A DNA stretch of 64,000 nucleotides, from contig NC_043019.1 of the NCBI RefSeq assembly GCF_006345805.1, positions 23,187,360 to 23,251,359 on the forward strand, given 5' to 3'. The stretch is from Octopus sinensis (taxonomy: Eukaryota). The notes beneath the pieces were generated by a model that saw only the letters and a program-made list of their open reading frames with translations, was not told the origin of the DNA and made no database searches. Below, piece after piece: positions 39,459 to 53,101 of this stretch (its first letter is position 1; the number at the start of each line of letters is the position of its first letter). A program made the translations under genes and the position numbers.

Positions 39459-39689
39459 TATTTGAACTGAGGCACTCACAGAGTGGGAGAGTCCGGAAGT
39501 GAACACTAAATATCCTACATTAGATATATATATATATATCATCATCATCATCATCATCATCGTTTAATGTCCGTTCTCGATGATGATGATGATGATGATG
39601 AGATATATATATATATATATATATCTAATGTAGGATATTTAGTGTTCACTTCCGGACTCTCCCACTCTGTGAGTGCCTCAGTTCAAATA
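39459..39689. repeat. Near-perfect hairpin, ~105-bp arms, short spacer
   Basis: tatttgaactgaggcactc...cctacattaga(ta)n(cat)n / (gat)n(ta)n tctaatgtagg...gagtgcctcagttcaaata. Confidence 0.93.
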
Positions 39690-40296
39690 TATATATATAT
39701 ATCATATATATATATATATATTAGCAGAGAAACCTGGCATTGCTCGGGATTCAAATGGTATAGTTGTTTATTTTGTACCTGTTTCGGTCATGTGACTGCA
39801 GCTATGCTGGGGCACTGCATTTAGTCAAAGAAAGCGACCCCAGGATTTATTCTTTCTAAGTTTGGTACTTATTCTACCGGTGTGTTTTGCCAAATGGCTG
39901 AGTGATGGGGATGCAACCATAGCAACATCTGTGTGAGTGTGTGTGTGCGTGTATATATATATATGTATATATACATATATATATGTGTATGTGTATGTTC
40001 ACTATTTTACCCCTTGTTCTGCTCTAACAACCCTTCATGTTTGTTTTCATTAGGTTTCCTTGTATATATCCACAGTCCTGTTTCTGTTCCCTACTTTGAC
40101 CCTCCATAAAATCCAAAATGTATTCTGGAAGTTATGGGTGCAACTGTCTTCGAAGAGATTCATATTGCCGTTGGATGCTCAAAATGAAGAGTAGACAGAC
40201 AGCTGACAACTGATGAAGGGTCATTGTACGTGTTACTTGTCTTGTTTCCATTTTTTTCTCTTATTATTTGTGTAATTATCTTGCTTGTTTTCGTAC

Positions 40297-40333
<37 letters not shown>

Positions 40334-40664
40334 TCATCATCATCATCATCATCATCATCGTTTAACGTCCGTTCTCCATGCTAGCATGGGTTGGACGGTT
40401 CGACCGGGGATCTGAGAAGCCAGAAGGCTGCACCAGGCTCCGGTCTTATCTGGCAATGTTTCTACAGCTGGATGCCCTTCCTAACGCCAACCACTCCGCG
40501 AGTGTAGTGGGTGCTTTTTACGTGCCACCTGCACTGTAATACATATATGTATGTATATATCTATCCATATATATATATGTATGTATGTATATATATATGT
40601 GTATGTATGTATATATATATATATACATATACATGCACGTATATATATATATATATATATTATA

Positions 40665-42359
40665 TATCACACAAACCAGATCACTGACGATCTCAAGGAA
40701 TGTGCAGAGCTCATTGCTGAGTGCTATGCAAACATATTCACTGTTGAAAATCAAAATGTACCATCTTCACCATCTCTAACAGCAAATTCCATAACAACTA
40801 TGGAATTTACACCTGCAATGCTGCGACGTCACCTTCGAAATAAGCGCAACTATGCCTCCCCTGCTTCTCAAACGTGGCAGGTACTACCTTTTACACCAGC
40901 TTCCTATTTTTTTCCAGTACTGTCTCAACAATGGTGCTACTCCGGAGCAGTGGAAAACTGCCAGTGTCATTCCTCTGTTCAAAAAGGGCGACCGCACATC
41001 ACCTGTCAACTATCGCCCAGTCAGTCTCACTAGCTGTATTGCAAAACTGATGGAATCGTGTGTCAGAGAAACACTTTGGAACTTCTGGAGCTCTCACAGT
41101 CTCATCCGACCCTCACAATATGGATTTGTCCCTAACTCCAGCTGCAGTGACCAGCTTGTCGAGTTCCTTGAGGACATTACTCAGATCACTGACAGTGGCT
41201 CATGGGTGGATGTTGTCTAAGGCTTTCAACTCTGTGCCACACAAAAGGCTTATGGTGAAGCTCTCTGCAATGGGTTGAGGGATGATCTTTTTAACTGGTT
41301 GAAATCCTTTATTCTCAGCCGAAAGGAGGTAGTCACAGTTCTAGGACAGCATTCTACACCATATGAGATGTCATCGGGTGTACCACAGGGATCTGTTCTT
41401 GGTCCCCTCTTGTTTGTGGCATACATTAATGACATAGATGCCAATTTAAAGAATGCCACAGTATTGAAATATGCAGACGACATCAAGCTGTACCTTGAAA
41501 TCAAGAGGACAGATCCTGTTGTCTACAGCTCTTTCCTGCAATCAGACCTGGTCACAATGCAGCAAGGGATCACAGACTGGCAACTGAAACTGGCTGTGGA
41601 CAAGTGTACCACCATGCATTTTGGGAGAAAAAACCCTGCGTCCACATACTCCCTCCACAACACTGATATCAAGAAATCCTCTTGCGAGCGTGACCTAGGC
41701 ATCACTGTCAGCAGTGATTTGCGTTGGACAAAGCATATCTCTAAAATTGTCAAGGAGGCCAAGGGTGTCTTGGCATCACTCAGCAAGACTTTTGTTAGCC
41801 ACTCTCCAGCCATCTATTTAAAGCTGTATACTGCTATGGTACAACCACACTTGGAATTCGTATCATCAGTTTGGAACCCCTATCTTGCTCAGAACATTGA
41901 CCTCCTGGAATCTGTTCAGAGACATGCAACCAAACGCATACCCTCCATCAGACACCTACCATACTCTGAGTGCCTTGTTTCCCTGGGCATGGATTCACTG
42001 AAGCTCCGGCGTCTGGCGATGGACTTGGTAAACACCCACAAAGTTATCAACCACCTCACCAACAACAACACTGAACACCTTTTTGATCTCCATGTGTCCA
42101 ACACACGTGGACATGCCTACAAAGTCAGAAAACAACACAGCTCCCATGACTTTCGTAAACATTTTTTCACGCTCAGAGTTGCTGAAGCATGGAACAAACT
42201 GCCTGCGTCAGTTGTTGACTGCCATGACACTGCATCCTTTAAGGCCCTCATGCTTTCCGAAATCCGCCGAAACTACACCTGATTATACATACACTTTAGA
42301 TGAGTTGTAGTGCACCTGAGCACTGTACACAATATTTTTATTATCTATTATTATTATTA
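40665..42359 (+). mobile_element. CR1/jockey-like LINE, 5'-truncated RT ORF with (ATT)n tail
   Basis: WKTASVIPLFKKGDR..NYRPVSLTS, KAFNSVPH, GVPQGSVLGPLLF, YADDIKLY and DLGITV motifs. A few frameshifts and stops upstream of 41275. Confidence 0.93.
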
Positions 42360-42632
42360 TGAAAGATACATTCAAATGGTGACTCACTATTTCTTTTCTT
42401 TAACAATTCTAAAGAGATTCTAAAATATCTCAATTCATTGTCATTATATTTCTTATGCCCATTCAAATCTTAGGTCAACCTTTTGCGTCAATTTAGAAAT
42501 ACGTGTGTACGAATGTATGTGGGTGTATATATTTACAAAAATAGGTAAAACCAAAATACGTATACGCTCACACCTATCATTCAATTCATCTATCTATCTA
42601 TACATACATGCATACATTCATATAACATATAT

Positions 42633-42691
<59 letters not shown>

Positions 42692-42702
42692 TATATATGT
42701 AC

Positions 42703-42737
<35 letters not shown>

Positions 42738-42818
42738 AAAAATTAAGGGTAGAAATTGATATTAGTCAATTAAACCAGTGGTCTAGCACATTAAAAAGAA
42801 TCCGAAGATTAAAATATT

Positions 42819-43110
42819 TATATATACCAATTAAGGACTGAACACGAAAAGGTGGACAGTCAACATGCTAGATATAGACGTCAAATCGCCATTCTCCACA
42901 AAGATTTTGTTCTCAAATAAAAATAAAATTCAGCACGACCTAAAGCAATGGATGAGACAAAAGAAAAATTTTTCTTTTGTCTCATCCATTGCTTTAGGTC
43001 GTGCTGAATTTTATTTTTATTTGAGAACAAAATCTTTGGGGAGAATGGCGATTTGACGTCTATATCTAGCATGTTGACTGTCCACCTTTTCGTGTTCAGT
43101 CCTTAATTGG

Positions 43111-43118
<8 letters not shown>
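42819..43118. repeat. 300-bp spacerless palindrome
   Basis: Centre aagaaaaa|tttttctt at 42968/42969. The ORF-track pair 42865(+) and 42881(-) differ only at one mismatched pair (ccacaaag vs ccccaaag). Confidence 0.96.
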
Positions 43119-43174
<56 letters not shown>

Positions 43175-45343
43175 GGAAGGGCATCCAGCCGTAGAAACTC
43201 TGCCAGATCAGACTGGAGCCTGGAGCGGCCCCTGGCTTCCCAGACCCCGGTCAAACCGTCCAACCCGTGCTAGCGCGGAAAACGGACATTAAACGATGAT
43301 GATGATGATGATGATATCAGTCCACCTATGCATACCTTTCCTTCTTGGGACACAAAACTCTACTTGTGAAGACCTGTTGAGGTGAGTGTAAATCAAACTC
43401 AAAGTCTAAATCTAAATCAAAATCAAAATCGATCAACATCAATGGAATTTGTAGTTGTGATACCAGTGCCAGTGGCACATAAGAGAACGATCCAAACGTG
43501 GCTGTAGCCAGCGTTACCTTGACTGGCCTCCTGTGCCGGTGGCACGTAAAAAACACCGTCCGATCGTAGCCGTTTGGCAGCCTCACCTGGCGTCCATGCC
43601 GGTGGCGCGTAAAAAGCACCATCCGAGTGTGGCCGTTTGCCAGCCTCATCTGGCACTGTGTTGGTGGCACGTAAAAAGCACCCACTACACTCACGGAGTG
43701 GTTGGCGTTAGGAAGGGCATCCAGCTGTAGAAACACTGCCAGATCAGACTGGGCCTGGTGCAGCCTTCTGGCTTCCCAGACCCCAGTTGAACCGTTCAAC
43801 CCATGCTAGCATGGAAAGCGGACGTTAAACGATGATGATGATGATGATGATGATATATATATATATTTAGTTAAAGAGAGTTAGGGCCAATTTATAGGGT
43901 CACCTATATATATATATATATCAGTGGCAACTCCAGGTCATCAGCATCACTTGTGCTCATCACAGATTTTGCATAAAAGAAGGTAAGAGACATAATTCAC
44001 ACCACAGACTTACATATGCTCGGATAATTTCACAGTAAGCAAGTTTTCCGCTTCTAACAAAAAAAGAATGTCTCACACTTTTCCACAATGTTTCTAGTCC
44101 CAAATGGCTTATTTTTTATATCTAGCACTGTGTCTTTTTCCATTTCTATGTTAAAAGTAAAAATAAGGCAACCATGCAAAACACAACTGATCTTTTACAC
44201 ATAGACGCACAGAATAATGGCAATCAAATAATGAAAGCGGAATGCACATCAAACTTCTACAATCTGACTGTCACCTGTACTCTTGACAAGAGATGTCAGT
44301 GCTTTAAACCTTACCTTGCTTGTTCATATTAGCCCAACTTACTACTGTATAACAACAATCAAATAATGAAACCAGAGTGCACAACAAACATCACCGATCT
44401 GACTGTTGCCTTTTCACCTACCAGGTTCATTTGTGTCAGCCTGAGTTGTTAGATAATTTTTTGTTCCTTTAAGAACACTGCAGAGCAGAAAATTTTCATA
44501 GATTGGAATTTAAACCCATATCTCTATAGAAATTTAATATTTGAAGTAAATATTGAATTTAAGTTACTTTTAATTTTTACGATTGTAGATAACAACTCGG
44601 GCTGTAACTTCTGAGCCTGAGTCGGGCACATGTGAATCATGTCAAGAGAACATCTGCTACGAATGATATTTTTTGACACAGGACACCTCTAAGATGACTG
44701 CCAGGCACTGAAAGAAAATAAATGAACTGCGACCAGGCTCAATAAAAGGAGCGTGAGTTACTGGCTGAAATTACATACTTGAAGTCAGTGTTGGTAGAAA
44801 TTAAATCGGCTTGCAAATACACATTCACTTTACTAAATTTATACTTGGGCTAAGCCCGAACAGCCTGAGAGCCAGAGTTGCCACTGTTACACACACATAT
44901 CATCATCATCATCATCATCGTTTAACGTCCGTTCTCCATGCTAGCATGGGTTGGACGGTTCGACCGGGGATCTGGGAAGCCAGGAGGCTGCACCAGGCTC
45001 CGGTCTTATCTGGCAATGTTTCTACAGCTGGATGCCCTTCCTAACGCCAACCACTCCGTGAGTGTAGTGGGTGCTTTTTACGTGCCACCTGCACCGGAGC
45101 CAGGCGAGGCTGGCATCGGCCACGGTCGGATTGGTGCATTTTACGTGCCACCTGCACGGAAGCCAGTCGAGGCGGCACTGGCTTCGGCCACGATTCGGAT
45201 GGTGCTTTTTACGTGCCACCAACACGGAAGCCAGTCGAGGTGGCGCTGGCATCGGCCACAATTCGGATAGTGCTTTTTACGTATCTCCAGTCCAGGGGTC
45301 CTGGCATCTGCCGGGTGCCAGTCATAGGATTGGTTCAATTTCG

Positions 45344-45377
<34 letters not shown>

Positions 45378-46430
45378 TCTCTGTTGATCCACCATAAGCA
45401 ATATACTACAGGGCTCAATACAAATGTAGAGTATTTATCGCTTTAAATTACAACCGGACACCGGAATGAGAATCTCTCTTATCCTTAATCCAATTCTGTC
45501 CTTTTATGCTAGGATTCTACTAGAGCCTTTTCAATCGTGCAAAGCTGCAGGAGTTAGTATTAATATAGAAAGAAGTGGCTCTAAAGGAAAATAATACAAT
45601 ACACTAACGTCTCGGTAAATATTCTTTTATTCTTTTATCCTTCTACTTGTTTCAGTCATTTGACTGTGGTCATGCTGGAGCACCGCCTTTAGTCGAGGAA
45701 ATCGACCCCCAGGACTTATTCTTTGTAAGCCTGGTACTTATTCTGTCGGTCTTTTTTGCCGAACCGCTAAGTTACGGGTACGTAAACACACCAGCATCGG
45801 TTGTCAAGCGATGTTGGGGTGGGGGACAAACACAGACGCACAAACATATACACACACATACATACATTTATATACATATACATATATACGATGGGCTTCT
45901 TTCTAACTGAAAGACTCCAATTTCCACTACTCAGAGATGCCCGTTTCCAATCAGCAGCTGATCAACCGAGCAGGGTTTTCTTTCGAAATAGTCACAGTTT
46001 CAATATGTCTGTATATATGTATATAGAGGCATATGTCAACTTAGGTCAGAAATTGGTGTCAAGACATGTAGTATAAACCGAAAAATGGCTTAACACTGGA
46101 AAAACATTTGAAAAATCTGCCTTAATAAGTGGGTTGTATGTATTTTCCCTCTAGTTATATTTGATTTTCCACTTCAGTATTGAGCTTTAAGGGGTGTTTA
46201 AAATTGTTTTTAAGTATATTCCCTGAGATCAACATAAATTTGAAAAGACATAATGCAAAATAACATAAATTGCAGTATGCCTACATATACGTATCTTTCT
46301 CTCTCTCTCTCTCTCTCCCTCTCATCATCATCATCATAGTTTAACATCTGCCTTCCATGCTAGCATGGGTGGGACGGTTTCACAAGAGCCAACCAGGCAA
46401 AAGATTGCACCAGACTTCTGTGACTTATTT

Positions 46431-46960
46431 TGGCCAGATTTTTACTGCTGGATACTCTTCCTAAAACCAACCACTCAGCAGAGTAGACTTAGTGCTTTTT
46501 ACGTGACACAAGCACAGATGAGATCAGTTTTGGCCAGATTTTTACTGCTGGATACCCTTCCTAAAACCAACCACTCAGCAGAGTAGACTTAGTGCTTTTT
46601 ACGTGACACAAGCACAGATGAGATCAGTTTTGGCCAGATTTTTACTGCTGGATACTCTTCCTAAAACCAACCACTCAGCAGAGTAGACTTAGTGCTTTTT
46701 ACGTGACACAAGCACAGATGAGATCAGTTTTGGCCAGATTTTTACTGCTGGATACCCTTCCTAAAACCAACCACTCAGCAGAGTAGACTTAGTGCTTTTT
46801 ACGTGACACAAGCACAGATGAGATCAGTTTTGGCCAGATTTTTACTGCTGGATACTCTTCCTAAAACCAACCACTCAGCAGAGTAGACTTAGTGCTTTTT
46901 ACGTGACACAAGCACAGATGAGATCAGTTTTGGCCAGGTTTTTACTGCTGGATGTCCTTC
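46431..46960. repeat. Tandem array, exactly 100-bp unit x5.3, within a SINE-like element
   Basis: tggccagatt recurs at 46431, 46531, 46631, 46731 and 46831, with tggccaggtt at 46931. Confidence 0.97.
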
Positions 46961-49060
46961 CAAACACCAACCACTTTACAGTGTGGACTGGGTGCTTTTA
47001 AGTGGCACCTGCACTGACAGGGTCACCAAGTACTTGAAAGACAAAAAAAACTTTCAAGAGGGAAGTGGGCATTGGAGGAGGTGATCTTGTGTAAGATGAA
47101 AGGTTATAGTGAGACAGAGAGACAGAAACAGGTGTCTTGCTGTAGATGAAGTACAAGGCTACCCAGCCAGAGAGTGAGAGAGAAAGAGAGAGGGAGAGAG
47201 AGAGAGAGAGAGAGAGATCAGGAATGAAGGCAGAAACAGGTGCACCATCGCAAAGGAAATACATGGTTACCCAACCTGAGGGAAGTGCAGGAGGAGAGAG
47301 AGAGAGTGGAAGATAGCAGGATGGTGGCAAAATGCCGGGCATATTCACAAGGGTTGGAGATCAGAATATAAATGGGGTGGTTGAGTAAAGGAAGAGGGAG
47401 ATATAGATAGTGGCAAGTGCCAGGGCATTGAGGTTCAAATGCCATAATATAAGTGGCTGGATATTGCAAAGGAAGTGTGATTAAAGACTGCAGATGGGAG
47501 GAGTGAGTGGCAAAAACCTGGGTACATATAGAGTGATGTGGGGGGGGGGCTACCAGATAGCAGGATTGGGGAGTGAGAGCTAGGCATAGTGTATGAAGGA
47601 GGAAATGTGAGGAAGAGAAGAGATGTGGAGATGTAGATTGGTTTGTTGGGGTAGGGTAAGGGAAAAGTTTTCTTGTTATGTATGGGTGGAATACACAGGT
47701 CGGGAGCTGGCAGATAGCAATAATACAGTGAGACAGGGCATGTGGGTGGAACACACTGATCGGGGGCTAGCGGAGAGCAATGATACAGTTGCATAGGGCC
47801 AAGAGGACAGGATTTGGGAGTGAGAGGTAAACATGGTGTATGAAGCAGAAATGTGAAGAAGAGAAGAGAAGTAGAGGTAGTTTGGTTTGTTGTGGCATAG
47901 CGTGTGTGAGAAGTTTTCTTGTTAAGTGTGGGCAGGACATACAGCACTTCTAGAACTCAGTTTCGCTGACGTGGCTGAGTCTTCTCTAGAACTTCATTTC
48001 AATGTATATCTGAGAAAACCCCGAGTTAAAAAATACTACTCAAAAAGAAATTATGTGTGCCTAGAATACATTAAATAAATAGTAAATAATTTTCTATTCT
48101 GGACACGCATGATTTTTTAACTCAAGGTTTTCTCCAATATTATACTGCATAATACATATGGATATATATTTTTTATTAATATACATTTTATTAAACATTA
48201 TTTACATTTGACAGATATTTGCCCTCATCTTGTTTGTTGTTAACACAACATTTTGACTGATATACCATCCAGCCTTTATCAGGTGTCTTGGGGAAATTTC
48301 GAACCTGGGTTCTCATTCCTAAGGTATTTTATCAATGTTGTTGTTGTTGTTGTTGTTGACAACGATCCGGACAAATTGGATTCACCTCAATAGACATCAT
48401 TGATAGGTTGAAATTGCCGAAATGCAAGAAATTAATGAACAAATAGCTTACAAACTACAGAGTTTTCTCAAGAAAGCCAAGAGAAAAAGGTTTTATAAAC
48501 ATATTCTACCAGTATACGAAGTTTAAGAGTGTTTAGTTACAAAGAAATTATTTTAAAAATCTGCCGGTCAAAGCGAAAACATCCCCTAACTCTAACCTTA
48601 ACCCTAACCCTAAAACTAACCCTAACGAGTGTGCACAGTAAAAAAATTTGATTAAAACCAATTAAGAATTTGCAAACGATATTGTCGGCCTCTTCGTATC
48701 ATTAATAATACCTGGCTGGTAAAAGTAAATTACTGCCACTTGTATCGTCCGATATGTTTGTTTATATGCTACGGGTGCCCGTTTCCCCTTTCTGTTTTAT
48801 TTTTTAGTATAATATATTTAAAAATGGATGAATCTTTCTAATTTTGACTAAACCCCAGTGTTTCATCAGAGCAAAATAAATAAATAAATAAATAAATAGT
48901 GCAATAGGTGTAAAACAACATGTAGTAAACGAGTATGAAAAATAAAATGCGCTGTGGAACGGGAAGGGGAGGAGACAACTCGGAAAATTCACATCGGGAA
49001 TGTTCCGAGTCCTCTCACCACTTCCCCGTTCGTCGGCGAAAACTTTTTTCTTCATATTCG

Positions 49061-49483
49061 GGATCTTTTCGGTTTGAACAGCAGTTTTTAACCTAATTTC
49101 TAGGTAACTAAAAAATTTTAAACTTCGTATACTGGTAGAATGTGTTTATAAAACATCTTTTTCTCTAGGCTTTATTGAGAAAATTCTATAGTTTGTAAGA
49201 TATTTGTTGGGTTTTTTTTTCAATTTCTGCAATTTCAACCAATCACTGGCGTCTATTGAGGTAAAAAAAACATTCTGTGCCATATGAATATGTCCCTCGT
49301 TTAAGAAACAGATTGGGTTTATTTACATTTGTGAAGAAAAAAAGATACCCTTCCCCCCACTCCTAACCCTAACCAACCCTAAAACAGATTAAAATGCAAT
49401 AGATCGATACTAGGGTCATAATTATAGGTGACAATTTCATATAACACCGCTAGAAAAAACTGCCGTTCAAACCGAAAAGATCC
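49061..49483. mobile_element. GGATC-TIR MITE (same family)
   Basis: TIRs ggatcttttcggtttgaacagcag / ctgccgttcaaaccgaaaagatcc. TSD catattcg/catattct (7/8). Confidence 0.85.
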
Positions 49484-51002
49484 CATATTCTTTACTACAC
49501 ATTATTTTACACCTAGTACACTTTTTTTTTTTCAATTTTTGTGACGGGGGGGTGGAGGGTGCAGACTCGGATAATTCACACGATCCAGTAACCCCATTTC
49601 GACACCCAATCACAAAAATGAAAATAAAAATAGTGTAATAGGTGTAAAACAACATGTAGTAAACGAATATGAAAAAAAAACAAAAAGCCATGCACGCTGT
49701 CGAACGAGGGGCGGGGGAGGAGACGACTCGGAAAATTCAAAAATTCTTTCTCTGGGAATCTTCGAGAAACTCACGACTGGTTTATTTCAGGAAACCCATT
49801 ACTGTTGCATAAATATTTGAAAGAATGACCTTCATTTAAGGGAGACACGAAAGTGCAATGGTTGCAATCATTAGACGGGATTCGACTTAAGCAGACCACA
49901 AGCATGGCATTTCGATGGATGCAATTAAATGTATTCTTCTTGTTAAGTTTACAATAAGACGTCGGGAGTCGTCCGTTTCGGGTGGAAGTGAGTAATCTTC
50001 AATGTACAGTCAAGCAGTGCGGAGGTGGCACCGTCACAGAACATATTTCTTCGTCCAGCTGACACTCGACAGACAGATGACATTTGCTACGAACGCCCCG
50101 AGGACGATGGTCACAACTAAGGAGCTTGTTACAGTGCGTCTTCCTCGGAGCGCTCAGGTTACCTAAAAAGAAGTCTGCAGCGTGCGCGGATATCTCAGAT
50201 CAGATCAATAACACTGGTCAACAAAATAAAACTTTTATTTTCTGGCATAAAATCTTAGATCTGTTTTAGACTAATTTTTGGGTGTTGATTCCAAAACTGA
50301 CCTCAGGTTTGCTCTATCACATCACATTTTGGTGCCAAACGGTATATATATATATATACCTTTATTTACCTGGAGCATACCAAAAGTTAACTTTACACCA
50401 CTGCTTGCGGGGAATTTTGGCTGGATTGTCATATAAATTTTGAATAATATGATCAAGGTGAATTTTGCTTTAAAGCCCTTCTTTTCGGGTGTGAACTGAA
50501 CCACTATGATCTAGATATGGATACAACATCAAAAAGAAGGTAATAGATTTTAAGAGCAAAACGACAGCATATATTCTTCCTTGGCAAGTCAACTACCAAT
50601 CTCCGAGACATTTTTTGGATTTTGATACTTTAAAACCTTTGAGCAATTTAGTTAATTGCGATAAGTCGGCCTTGCTGTCTGAAGTTATAGTGACTTAAGC
50701 ATACATTTTCAAACAAAATATAATGATTTTGCTGGATATTTTTAGATCTTTATGTATCCAAATGTCTATCTATTGTCTGGAACAGCATTAGCATTTGGGT
50801 GTAGCACAGCCACACGCGAGTCATCGTTTTCAACATTAACTTGAATTATGACTCCCTTTCGACGAAATATGAAGCACCCACGAAAACCAAACCTCGTGAT
50901 ACTTGCTTCTCTTAGTAACTTCAAATCAATTATAGACAAGAACGATTTTCTTAAATTTTTTTGTATTGCGTTGCCGTAGATTGCAGTTGTATTAAATAAA
51001 TG

Positions 51003-51159
51003 GGATCTTTTCCTTTTGAAAGCCAGATTTTCCTAGTTGTCAAAAAAACTACTTGAAATTATTGTTTTCTTTTGACACATTCTACCAGTATACGATGTTT
51101 CAAATTATTTAGTTAACTAGAAAAATCTTTAAAATCTGGCTTTCAAAAAGAAAAGATCC
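51003..51159. mobile_element. GGATC-TIR MITE, short derivative
   Basis: TIRs ggatcttttccttttgaaagccagatttt / aaaatctggctttcaaaaagaaaagatcc. Perfect TSD aataaatg. Confidence 0.88.
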
Positions 51160-51712
51160 AATAAATGTAACCTGATTTTATTATTTTGTGTTGTGAATTT
51201 TCTTGAAAGACATAATCAAATTTTATAAACAGTACGGTTTTTTAGTTCTGTTCAGCACACCCAGCTATCAGGATATCCCCCTGCTCCCAGTTTTGCAATA
51301 GGCTGGTTACGTAACTGCGGTCACATTAATGTATAAACTGTGAGGATTTAAGCAAAGCTTACAAAAGCGATAACTTGTATATTGTTAGGTGTATGCATGT
51401 GTTACGTAAGCGTATGTGTGCTTGTGTTAGTGTGCGTTCCAATCAAAACACGATTGAAAATCAATGACATGAATAAAAATCAATGAAATAAAAGTCGTTA
51501 AAAATATTTCAGGTAAATAATGATATTAAGAGCCGCATATAAATACTTACCTGTGTCCGTTTGGTTGATATTTTTAGTGCAAAGCGTTTAAGGGAGGTGG
51601 GAGCTCGTGCATGGAAGGCACGTGTGACAGAAATGGACAGACTGCCAGACAGACAGACAGACATATTGATAGATAGATGGATAGATGGATAGATAGATAG
51701 ATAGATGGAAAG

Positions 51713-51831
<119 letters not shown>

Positions 51832-51842
51832 GGATAGATAGA

Positions 51843-51874
<32 letters not shown>

Positions 51875-53069
51875 TAGATAGACAGACTGGCAGACAGCCA
51901 GACAGACAGACAGACAGATAGATAGATAGATAGATAGATAGATGATAGATAGATAGATAGAAAGGCAGGTGGAGAGTCAAACAAAATGGTAAACCTAAAG
52001 TTTCATTTTTCTAGCTGTTAACAGTCGACCTGAAAGAAACAACAGCTAATTCTTGCTCAAAATCAATCAATTCTATCTTATAATATGAAGGAAGGACACC
52101 CGAATCTGTTGGGGGTGGGCCTCTTAATGATGAATTCCGTGGTTGTTCCCATGCATGAAATAGCAACTAAATCTCCCTTAAATCGTATTGTCGCCAACGA
52201 GAAAACCTCTCCGTCATTTGCTGGTCGTTCTAGAAATCTCTTTCAAAACGCATAGTTAGGTGCGGAAAAGTACATCCAAGTCAACGAGATCTCTATGTGG
52301 TTGTTCAACATGCTGGAAACAGAAGTCTTATCTCCCTCAAATCACACATGCAGTTGCATAGAAGGAAATGAAACCCGAAGATGAAGCTCTCTATGTGGTC
52401 GCTCTCCATGTCTGAAATCTCCCTCAAATCACGCACTACACCACAAACATATAAAAATAATGGATACAACCAAACCACATCGACCTCCGTGCTTGACTGA
52501 TACTTTCTTCATCGACTCTGAAAGGATGGAAAAAACAATGTCAACTTCGGTGAGATTTAAATTCCCAACATTAGGGCGGCCGAAATGCCTCTAAGCGCTT
52601 TTATCCGGCGCAGTAACGATTCTTTTCTACTCCAGGCACAAGGCCCGAAGTTTTTGGGGAGGGGACCAGTCGATTAGATCGACCCCAGTACGCAACTGGT
52701 ACTTAATTTATCGATCCCGAAAGGGTGTAAGGCGAAGTCGACCTCGGCGGTAATTGAACTCAGAACATAAAGACAGATGAAATACAGCTAAGCATTTTGC
52801 CCGGCGTGCTAACGTTTCTGCCAGCTAGCCGCCTTAGATAATAATAGTAGTAATAATAATAATAATCCTTTCTACTATTATTATTACTATTATATTAATA
52901 GTAATAATAATAATAATAATCCTTTCTACTTACCAACAACATGGTTCTGTGTTCAGTCCCACTGCATGACACCTTGGGCAATTGTCTTCTACTATAGCTT
53001 CGGGCCGACCAAAGCCTTGTGAGTGGATTTGGTAGACGGAAACTGAAAGAAGCCCGTTGTATATATGTA

Positions 53070-53101
<32 letters not shown>

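Noticed and set aside
40147-40190. Plus-strand TCTT-CGAAGA…CTC-AAAA-TGAAGA look-alike
   Set aside because: Core U missing and GAAA mutated.
42865-43072. Two near-identical 63-aa ORFs on opposite strands as genes
   Set aside because: They are a by-product of the palindrome.
46431-46960. Regularly spaced repeats as a CRISPR array
   Set aside because: Contiguous identical units without unique spacers; eukaryotic context; no cas genes.
48243-48286. Minus-strand CTGATAA…CAGTC-AAAA-TGTT-GTGT look-alike
   Set aside because: G8 and G12 mutated; degenerate hammerhead remnant, not counted.
48585-48626. (CCCTAA)n as an interstitial telomere or chromosome-fusion scar
   Set aside because: Short, degenerate and adjacent to or within the GGATC MITE family, which carries the same motif.
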